From a virus (lineage: Duplodnaviria > Caudoviricetes), in the IMG/VR virus record IMGVR_UViG_3300045285_000066, positions 1-41,683 of that record: DNA of 41,683 nt. One strand, written 5' to 3'. Positions 19,701 to 25,868 of the stretch are shown in pieces; within the stretch, counting starts at the first letter, position 1, and each line of letters opens with the position of its first letter. A model generated the notes under the pieces. The model did not search any database. It worked only from the letters and a program-made list of their open reading frames with translations, and was not told the origin of the DNA. Both the position numbers and the translations under genes were made by a program.

Positions 19701-21072
19701 CAAGACATCGAAGATCATCTGGTCGCCGATCACGATCGCCAAACAGGTCCATCAGAACTTCACGACCGCGCTGCGCTCAGGGCACGTCGAAGCCTGGCCA
19801 AAGTACGGCAAGGAAGCGCTGCGCGCGCTGACAGGCAGGGATGAGGCTGGGCTGCTGAAGCTCACGCGCCTGGGGCTGGTCGGGGAGTCTGTTGCCGCTG
19901 CCGAGTACCGAGACCTCGGAACAACGCTCAAGGGCAAGCAACTCGCCAAGCCGTACCGAGGCGTGGCGCACGCCAACGACCTCATGGGTGCCGCCTTCGG
20001 CTTCCCTGACACCTTCGCCAAGGTGGTGGCCTGGCACGCGGAGACAGAGCGACTGACCAAGGCGGGCTTCAGCCAAAAGCAGGCAGAGGCGCACGCGGCC
20101 GACATCGTGCGCAACCTCTACCCGACCTACTCCAGGATCACGCCGTTCGTTGACCGCTGGCGCAAGCAGCCGGTCTTCGGGACGTTCATGGCCTGGAACG
20201 CCGAGAAGATCCGCACCACGCACGAGCTCTACAAGCTCATCCGCTCGGAGCTCGACAGTCAGAACCCGGAGGTGCGCGCCAACGGCATCAAGCGCATCGG
20301 CTGGGCGATGATCGGCACCGCTGCGGCGCCGGCTGCGGCGCTCTCGGTCAACATGCTCAACGGGATCGACAAGCAGGAGGACGACGAACGCCGCAAGCAC
20401 GTCGCGCCCTGGGACAAGGAGAAGAACCTTCTGTGGCTGGGAGGCAAGAACGAGGGCCAGTACCTCGACCTCTCCGACATCGACTCGAACGCCTGGACCA
20501 CGGACTCCATCTCCAGGCTCATGCACGGAGACGACATCGGAAGCATCCTGGAGGACGCCTTCCGCGAGAACCTGTCTCCGTTCGTCGAGCCTTCGATGCT
20601 CACGCAGACGATCGCCGGCCTCGCGCTCGGCGAGGAGATCAAGGTCATACCCGGAAATGGGAAAGTGATCGAGACCCGCGACCGCGACCGCGCGGAGCTA
20701 CTCTGGAAGGCGCTGAAGCCCGGCGCAGCGCAGGCGATCGACTTCAAGGACGGGCGCTTCACCGTCCGGAAAGATGCCGCAAGCCAGCTCGTTGGCCTCT
20801 CGGGTCTCCGCCCGCAGCGCTTCGACGTGCGCGAGAGCGTGAAGTACGCCAGCTACGAGTTCCTGGACGCCCTGCAAGAGGCCAAGAGCGACGAGAAGGC
20901 ACGTCGCCAAGCCTTCGCGGCTCTCTCGGACAAGGCGCGCTCTGCGCTCACCCTGGGAGTACCCTATCGGGAAGTGCGCAACATCCTCGACGAGAAGCTC
21001 GGCCAGGAGTCCATCGACGCGATCCTGGCCGGCTCCTACCTGCCCTACCGTGCCCGCAGCAAGCCCCAGTGA
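16705..21072 (+). CDS. Large internal virion / DNA ejection protein
   Basis: 1455 aa, A/G-rich hydrophobic N-terminal third, helical C-terminus. Last and largest gene of the ejection block. Confidence 0.7.
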   Translation: MNDVQELDPASAVDFLRSAKPQQTQELSPEDATAFLKGIAPPEPPSTLGVMAGRLMSIGANTAQAIGQQFDELASTEPASRGGMRPLDGGTSGSGLSQGFAQPAGAYARGPQIGQNFSDTVGGALRQGAEAVYPQASHGRGSFLSEDLPAAVTGIIPAAALTATGNPALGAAAFGLDAGGQAYDETLKKTGDHEKAMKALIGNELMAGGLSVVSPGGRLGAAIKKLALADKLTGGAGGKATLIGAIGKSFLGGEIAAVAQSAYHDALAEHLTGEDVDILKNAVGAATDPANVTLNSLTSLVHGIAESKARLNVAAEGERAATEEAANTSEIPKSSQPQVESELPAGVQAQQSATGSGSLSGGDAVQLGVPAGSDKGASGGYAITDEQALEHAKRTRSAVYRNPGFQTGEKAGIAKGFTSDEYRALSREMDSRALDAVEAKDVPALKEHAAAIIAKGEPPITPEEIQSARGQLELRARVAGEKVTPQTRMSDLVRSLRELVNEHKASLEESPSDSADSMPDVIQRAERVLANRRDAGVAETEMDATLGDLLHATKLPPETEFGSRKEKAQTDYLLAATKKAQAMLDVFDAAKKASAGERPPTTSKLPEATNLVVEPQAAPKPDETQQLVYGGLPPLYETKNITGAKVKETLTDGLRKRGASPEQAALAVERASGEVNAQATQAKIASRRLQRAMTKEWGRKAAEGQEAQQRIQDALTDPEKMMALPEGIRAAALELRAHADANARTIVSEGMVDTPMAKTFEKNMGRHLRRQYQAHSDPAWAQKIEPDVRNRLKSLLVSWSEELTPAKEQELKGKIADKKAPTMARREAEFELGSRQALQGKSEDQIVAQMEHMLADAKAVADNPWAAIGSSKVKRKDLSLFKARKGMPEEMRAFLGEVKDPRVNYVTTIMKQAQLIAAHRKFREMRADGMGKWLFEEPTVKNGTKYVAEVSSGKNPALEPLTKGKPLYTTEEIKKALFDVQPAAQSKAMRWAIAANALIKTSKIIWSPITIAKQVHQNFTTALRSGHVEAWPKYGKEALRALTGRDEAGLLKLTRLGLVGESVAAAEYRDLGTTLKGKQLAKPYRGVAHANDLMGAAFGFPDTFAKVVAWHAETERLTKAGFSQKQAEAHAADIVRNLYPTYSRITPFVDRWRKQPVFGTFMAWNAEKIRTTHELYKLIRSELDSQNPEVRANGIKRIGWAMIGTAAAPAAALSVNMLNGIDKQEDDERRKHVAPWDKEKNLLWLGGKNEGQYLDLSDIDSNAWTTDSISRLMHGDDIGSILEDAFRENLSPFVEPSMLTQTIAGLALGEEIKVIPGNGKVIETRDRDRAELLWKALKPGAAQAIDFKDGRFTVRKDAASQLVGLSGLRPQRFDVRESVKYASYEFLDALQEAKSDEKARRQAFAALSDKARSALTLGVPYREVRNILDEKLGQESIDAILAGSYLPYRARSKPQ

Positions 21073-21078
21073 GTAACC

Positions 21079-21291
21079 ATGCCGGATGTTCAGGAACGGG
21101 TGACGGCGCTGGAGTTACAGGTCTTCGGCGTGGACCCGAAGAGCCCCGGACATGCGTTGCGCCTGGATCGCCTGGAGAGCCTGATCGAGAGGCAGACCGC
21201 GCAGGTTGGCTGGCTCGTCAAGGGCGGCGGGTTGCTGGCCGTGTACAAGGTGCTGGAGGTCGTCATCGAGTACGCGAAGAGCAAGCCATGA
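21079..21291 (+). CDS. Small membrane protein (coiled coil plus C-terminal TM; holin-like)
   Basis: ERVTALE...RLDRLE coiled coil, then VGWLVKGGGLLAVYKVLEVVI. Confidence 0.55.
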   Translation: MPDVQERVTALELQVFGVDPKSPGHALRLDRLESLIERQTAQVGWLVKGGGLLAVYKVLEVVIEYAKSKP

Positions 21292-21512
21292 GCGAAGCCG
21301 ACCGCAAGTACCTCAGGAACCTCGCCTTCTGGTGCATCTTCGTGCTCTCGTGCGCCGTCTGCGGCGCGAGCCTGTGGCAGCAACATGAGCAGGACTTGTC
21401 GGTCTCTGCGCGCCGTGCGCACATCGACCAGATCCAGAAGGACTCCATCGAGCGTGGCCAGCGCATCGAGGCCCGGCTGCAAGAGATCATCGAAAGGCTG
21501 CCACCGCGATGA
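21288..21512 (+). CDS. Small membrane protein (N-terminal TM plus coiled coil)
   Basis: MSEADRKYLRNLAFWCIFVLSCAVCGASLW; ATGA coupling on both sides. Confidence 0.6.
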   Translation: MSEADRKYLRNLAFWCIFVLSCAVCGASLWQQHEQDLSVSARRAHIDQIQKDSIERGQRIEARLQEIIERLPPR

Positions 21513-21703
21513 GCGACGCCTTCTGGGTGGCCATGTTCGGTGCCGTCTCCAGCGTCGCGGCAGTGCTGGTGAGCCTCAAGAACGGGCGCAAGATCGAGAT
21601 CGTCCACAAGACGATGAACAGCCGGCTCGATCAACTGCTTGCGGCAACGCGCAGGGAAGCGCACGCAGAGGGCATGAAGGAAGAGCGCGACAAGGCCGTG
21701 TAG
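21509..21703 (+). CDS. Small membrane protein (holin-like)
   Basis: FWVAMFGAVSSVAAVLVSL TM segment followed by VHKTMNSRLDQL. Confidence 0.6.
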   Translation: MSDAFWVAMFGAVSSVAAVLVSLKNGRKIEIVHKTMNSRLDQLLAATRREAHAEGMKEERDKAV

Positions 21704-21714
21704 AGTATCCATCC

Positions 21715-22062
21715 ATGAAGATCCTCCTCTACGTCCTGGTGTGCCTCTTCGCCACGGCAGCATTCGTCGCCTGCGCCTCACAGCCTGCCGGGCAGTACAG
21801 CGCCGCCCAGGTCTCCCAGGGCCTCAAGGACTCCGTGAAGGACGGAACCGTCTCCAAGGCCCAGGCGGATGCCGTTGGCGGGCACATCGCCAGCGCCGAG
21901 ACTGGGTTCCCGTGGGGCGATGTCCTGATGGGCGTAGGCACCGCTGCGGCTACGCTCGGGCTTGGCTACCTCGGGATCAGCCGCGGAGACAACAAGCACA
22001 TCATCGGGGCTGAGGAAGCTCAGGCGCTAGCCGAGCTGGTATCCGTTCGCAAGGCCGCCTAG
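21715..22062 (+). CDS. Lipoprotein with C-terminal TM (unimolecular-spanin-like topology)
   Basis: MKILLYVLVCLFATAAFVA-C lipobox; second hydrophobic segment VLMGVGTAAATLGLGYLGI. Confidence 0.55.
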   Translation: MKILLYVLVCLFATAAFVACASQPAGQYSAAQVSQGLKDSVKDGTVSKAQADAVGGHIASAETGFPWGDVLMGVGTAAATLGLGYLGISRGDNKHIIGAEEAQALAELVSVRKAA

Positions 22063-22428
22063 CGTCTCCTGGCGCTCCTGAATGCCCGGCATGGCTTCAA
22101 GAGCGGCCAGCGGCGGCAGCGGATGGGCGCGCTCAGGGTGGGGCTCGTCGACGCACTTTCCGTCGAGCTTCAGCCACTCCTTGATCTCGTGATCCTCGGC
22201 GTAGGCGCACAGGCGCTTGACGTGCTGGAGTAGGTCGTACTCCTTCCACAGTGGAAGGTCGTATAGATTTATTGGCTTGACGAAGCACAGGCTGATGTTG
22301 CATGCCGGCCAGGTGGCATCAACAAGCTCAGCCTCCATGACCACACTAAGCTCACCCACCAGCCTGAACCTGTGCCCAGGCTTGTAGGTGATCCTGGCCA
22401 GGATTGCGCGAGCCTCCGCGGGAGTCAT
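22027..22428 (-). CDS. Hypothetical protein
   Basis: Last gene of the - strand island; converges on the lipoprotein gene. Confidence 0.6.
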   Translation of the reverse strand: MTPAEARAILARITYKPGHRFRLVGELSVVMEAELVDATWPACNISLCFVKPINLYDLPLWKEYDLLQHVKRLCAYAEDHEIKEWLKLDGKCVDEPHPERAHPLPPLAALEAMPGIQERQETLGGLANGYQLG

Positions 22429-22431
22429 GGC

Positions 22432-22980
22432 CTAGAACGGCGCCTCTTCTCGCTGCTGCTCAGGGATGGAGTCCAGCAGCGATTGCGCACGCCCACGCAT
22501 CCGCGCGTTGCTGGCCGCGTACTGCGGGTCCTTGTCGGCCAGGTTGGCTAGGAAGGATAGATACCCGCGGACTTGAGCACTTCCGCGAGCAAGGTGCTGA
22601 TGTGCTTCGGCCCAGGTGACCTCTCCCCATGGCTTGTTCCCAGGTCCGATCTTCTTTCCGAGCTTGATCTTGTCGTTGGCCCAAACGCGAAAGTCCTTCC
22701 CATCGACAGGGCCAGGCTCCTGCGCCACTGGCGCTCCGTAGGACTTCGCGGGCGGAGCCACTGAAGCCGTGTCGATCTTGTCGCCTGTTGGCCAACGAGC
22801 GGGCGGCGCCTGCTGCGGCACGCGCGGCGCTTCAGGATCCGGCACGCCAAACAGGTTCACGAATGTTTGGAATGCCTGTTGGCTGATGGCTTCAATCTCT
22901 TCGACTTTGAAAGCGCCAGAAGACATCGCATATTGAGTAATTGCGCAGCACCAAATGCGAGCATCTTGACTAGTCGGCAT
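22432..22980 (-). CDS. Hypothetical protein with C-terminal GK..G..W.EV...YL.FL module (DUF3820-like)
   Basis: Good SD (AAGAAGGA); directly downstream of the pentamer array. Confidence 0.55.
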   Translation of the reverse strand: MPTSQDARIWCCAITQYAMSSGAFKVEEIEAISQQAFQTFVNLFGVPDPEAPRVPQQAPPARWPTGDKIDTASVAPPAKSYGAPVAQEPGPVDGKDFRVWANDKIKLGKKIGPGNKPWGEVTWAEAHQHLARGSAQVRGYLSFLANLADKDPQYAASNARMRGRAQSLLDSIPEQQREEAPF

Positions 22981-23004
22981 TGTGATCCTTCTTTGTTGTT
23001 CCTA

Positions 23005-23449
23005 GACGGCCAGACCTTACCGTTCCACTCTGGAACGTTCCGTGACGGACGCGCCGCTCCATGACGGCCAATCCATTCCCATCGTATCCGCTACATTCGA
23101 GGCCAGTTCGGCCAAGCCTTTCCTCGCGCTGCGCTGCCAAGCCCGACAGGTCCGTACGTAGACGGCCAATCCTGACCGGTACTTGCGCCACCGGACTCCA
23201 CGCCACCGGACGTTGACGGCCAAACCAGACCCGACGAAACGATTCCAGGCGTTCCCGCTCCAAGCCTCTCGAAGACGGCCATGCCATGCGCTACCCATCG
23301 TTGCGATGCACACCTATCCAATCGTTGACGGCCATGCCTTTACGAACGTTACTCATCCGCGCGCTACCCGACAACACGACGCCTTGCCGTACGACGACGG
23401 CCACTCCTAACAGCTCCGCACATTCGCGTCCGCTCCAATCCGGTCGTTG
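23005..23449 (-). ncRNA. Array of 8 putative guide-RNA units built from 5-nt modules (semi-constant triplet plus variable NN)
   Basis: GACGGCCA anchors (+ strand) at 23005, 23063, 23107 (variant TTCGGCCA), 23161, 23215, 23274, 23327 and 23396. Spacings 58, 44, 54, 54, 59, 53, 69 equal 4+5n, two of them 1 nt short. On the - strand the triplets are mostly GGC/GGT/GGA/CGT/CGC/CGA. Confidence 0.85.
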
Positions 23450-23974
23450 TCACTTTGCCCCGGCCGGTACGGTTGTCTTCACCGCGGCGATGAGTCGCCG
23501 CCATGCTGGGTCTGCGTCGAGGCCGAGCGACTCCACCCTAGCGCACGTCGAGCACATCGCGGCGTAGCACTCCAGTGAGAGCTGGCCCAACATGTTCGGA
23601 TCGCCGATCACCTCGCCGAGCGGCCGATACGACCTACGTGCCTCGCCGCCTTCGGCTACCGACATGACCGAGTGGAACATTCGCGCCGGCTTGCCGGTCT
23701 TCACGTTGACGACGTACACGCAACCCAAGAGCGCCTTCGCTCTATCCAGCCAGTGCGACTCCTGAGCCTCTTCCGGCGAGCAGTGGAAGACATCCTTGTG
23801 CGTGATGGCCTTCGGGTCTCGTGAGTAATCCACGAGGCCCTTGGCGGTGAGCGCGCCAACCTTCAGCAGCTCGTTGCCCGCCTTGGAGACGCGCTTGGCA
23901 ACATCTTCTCCGAAGGGTGAGTTCTCCAGCGGAGCAACTTTCCCCTTGCCCTTTAGGGTGCGCGTAGCCATCAC
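23450..23974 (-). CDS. Conserved phage protein, partner of the RAMP-like gene
   Basis: LTAKGLVDYSRDPKAITHKDVF...AQESHWLDRAKALL resembles a phage family I recall as LT...V..ARDP.SPLH..FEW...A...RL..AR.LI. Coupled to the RAMP stop. Confidence 0.7.
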   Translation of the reverse strand: MMATRTLKGKGKVAPLENSPFGEDVAKRVSKAGNELLKVGALTAKGLVDYSRDPKAITHKDVFHCSPEEAQESHWLDRAKALLGCVYVVNVKTGKPARMFHSVMSVAEGGEARRSYRPLGEVIGDPNMLGQLSLECYAAMCSTCARVESLGLDADPAWRRLIAAVKTTVPAGAK

Positions 23975-24711
23975 GCCATCTCCGGAGTGAAGACCTCGCC
24001 GCCCGTGATGCGGAAGCCGCCGTACATGCCCGAGCTCGACTTGCCAGTCAGGCGCCAGTCACCGACGCCGATGGAGCGGCCAGCGTTCAGGAACCAACCG
24101 AAGAGCTGGTCCTTCGACACCTTGCGGGCGTTGAAGCCGATGCGCAATCGGACCTTCCAGTGGTCGAACCGTGGGCGGATGCGGATGTCCACGGTGCCCT
24201 TCTGCCGCGCCACGTCCTGCTGCGGGTACGGCGGGCCGTCTAGGATGAGCGGCACCATGTTGGCGTCGCCTGGTTCGGTGATGATCCAGAACGAGGTCCG
24301 GGCGTCGATCTTGAAGAGATCGTCGTACTGGCTTGCCGCGGTGACTGCCGACTCCTTGAACATCACGGCTGGCATGGCGTAGCGGAACTTGCCGAGCGTG
24401 CCGTTGGCGATGTCATCCTTGCCGGGCCGAGGGCCGATGACGATCAGCGCTTCGAGGAAGCACAGCTCGACATCCTTGGGCTCCTTCTTCACCGACTTCT
24501 TGCCGGCCTGCTTGTCGAGGATCTGCTGCTTGATCCTGGCCGGAAAGTTGTTCTGGAGCATCGGCATCGTGGACTCCAGGTCCAGAATGAGTTCGCCGGT
24601 TGACAGGCCGTGCCAGTCGTCGATCTCGATGCGCTGGAACTTCTTCTCAGCAGGAGAGGCGAGGCGGTTGACTCCGTTGCTCTCGTGCGCCACTGACTTC
24701 TTCGTTGCCAT
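23971..24711 (-). CDS. Cas7/RAMP-like RNA-binding protein (solo, phage-encoded)
   Basis: N-terminal strand LILDLESTMPML, then MPAVMFKESAVTAA, RIRPRFDHWKVRLRI and a C-terminal glycine-rich loop AGRSIGVGDWR...SGMYGGFRI. This is the RAMP motif order. Confidence 0.8.
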   Translation of the reverse strand: MATKKSVAHESNGVNRLASPAEKKFQRIEIDDWHGLSTGELILDLESTMPMLQNNFPARIKQQILDKQAGKKSVKKEPKDVELCFLEALIVIGPRPGKDDIANGTLGKFRYAMPAVMFKESAVTAASQYDDLFKIDARTSFWIITEPGDANMVPLILDGPPYPQQDVARQKGTVDIRIRPRFDHWKVRLRIGFNARKVSKDQLFGWFLNAGRSIGVGDWRLTGKSSSGMYGGFRITGGEVFTPEMA

Positions 24712-24744
24712 CTGGTTTTCCTTTCGTGTCCGAGGACGCGAAGC

Positions 24745-24773
24745 ACTCTACCAGACCTTGCGGAAACAGTCAA
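24745..24773 (-). promoter_or_regulatory. Sigma70-type promoter for the RAMP operon
   Basis: - strand TTGACT-17 nt-TAGAGT, followed by SD AAAGGA before the ATG at 24711. Confidence 0.7.
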
Positions 24774-24791
24774 CTCCTGGCCGAAAATGGC

Positions 24792-25100
24792 CTAGTGATG
24801 GATGATTCCGTTCGACTCTCCGCGCGCCTGATCCAGCCTGACTTCAAGCAAGGCGCTCAGGCTCTTCTCTGCTCTCAATTCCGTCTCAACTTGCAGCAGT
24901 CTCTCGTGTAGCGCCTTGCACGCCTCCAGGGCGATGGATAGCTCCAGGTACGGCACTGTGCCCTTGAGCCGGCCTTCGCGGTTGATGCGCTTCCACCATC
25001 CATCGACCTCGATACGCACACTGAGGCCATTCACGTCCTCCAGCACTTGACGGTTGCCGGCCTCGTCCTGCCAGACGATCCTCGGAATGGGGCCGTTCAC
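24792..25100 (-). CDS. Hypothetical protein
   Basis: GTG start overlaps the resolvase stop (GTGA); C-terminal coiled coil. Confidence 0.55.
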   Translation of the reverse strand: MNGPIPRIVWQDEAGNRQVLEDVNGLSVRIEVDGWWKRINREGRLKGTVPYLELSIALEACKALHERLLQVETELRAEKSLSALLEVRLDQARGESNGIIHH

Positions 25101-25465
25101 TTCATGTTCTCCACGGCTTCGCGCCACCTGGCACCCGTCACCGCGTTCGACAGCCGGCGGAAGTCTGCCAGCCGCAGCATGAGTACCCATTCGGTTGAGC
25201 CATCCTCGCGCATGACGACAGCTGGCACTTTGTCCTCTGCTGTCGTGCTGGCCTCTGCGTCCCGCTCTGCCTGCTCCAGGAAGGAGAGCGCAGCGATCTT
25301 TTTTCTGCGTTTGACCTCCCAGTGGATCGGCGCCTCGGTGAGCACGTCCGACGCCTCCTTGCCGCTGACCTGAGCGGAACGCTTGGCGTCGGCCAAGCCC
25401 AAGTGCTCTCGGATGGCGTCCCTGGCCTCTCGCTCGCCGACCTTACCCTTGTTGCGGCTATTCAC
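25097..25465 (-). CDS. Holliday junction resolvase-like PD-(D/E)XK nuclease
   Basis: NSRNKGKVGERE...SDV...WEVKR motif. Confidence 0.8.
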   Translation of the reverse strand: MNSRNKGKVGEREARDAIREHLGLADAKRSAQVSGKEASDVLTEAPIHWEVKRRKKIAALSFLEQAERDAEASTTAEDKVPAVVMREDGSTEWVLMLRLADFRRLSNAVTGARWREAVENMK

Positions 25466-25475
25466 CTAGGTAAGT

Positions 25476-25505
25476 TACCGCAAGGTCTAGCCTACCGCAA
25501 GGCCT
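25476..25505. promoter_or_regulatory. Tandem TACCGCAAGG(T/C)CT repeats (operator candidate)
   Basis: Two copies at 25476 and 25493. The same core occurs at 24753..24765 (inverted) and 40498..40510. Confidence 0.5.
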
Positions 25506-25507
25506 TC

Positions 25508-25750
25508 TCAGCCTGCCTGCCCGCGTTCCCGTTCCTGGCGGCGCTTCTCCCACCGGCTGCCCATGTTCTGCCGCCCCATCTCCTGCATGCGCTCGTGGAG
25601 CTTCCTGACGCCCAGCCGGTGCGCCATGTCCATGATCGCGCCTGGGGAGCGGCCTGGGAACGCCTGGGAGAGCTTGGTGTAGGAGATCGCCGGGTAGTGC
25701 CTGGCGAGGGTCTTCTTCTCGTCTTCCGACCAGGGTGTGTTGTAGGGCAT
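25508..25750 (-). CDS. Small Myb/SANT-like HTH DNA-binding protein
   Basis: MPYNTPWSEDEKKTLARHYP...LSQAFPGRSPGAIMDMAHRLGVRK. Confidence 0.7.
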   Translation of the reverse strand: MPYNTPWSEDEKKTLARHYPAISYTKLSQAFPGRSPGAIMDMAHRLGVRKLHERMQEMGRQNMGSRWEKRRQERERGQAG

Positions 25751-25868
25751 GCTTCCGCTTCCTGCCCAGCGCCTGCCGGGCATGCGGGAACATAGTTTCA
25801 AGCGCATCAAGTGGGTAGCGTCAACTGGCGTGGTCGCCCTACCGCCCCGCTTCGCCCAGTGGCCGGAG

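Noticed and set aside
20433-21287. 359-aa ORF 20433..21512
   Set aside because: Only the last 74 codons (from ATG 21288) look coding; the rest is an alternative frame of the ejection gene.
23005-23449. Canonical CRISPR array
   Set aside because: The anchor is only about 8 nt, the intervening sequence is itself 5-nt periodic, and no cas1/cas2 is present. It is not a repeat-spacer array.
22970-23567. Several overlapping ORFs across the array (22970..23287, 23017..23313, 23091..23321, 23183..23410, 23286..23567)
   Set aside because: They are G/R/W/S-rich translations expected from a period-5 repeat, with no SD and no codon bias.
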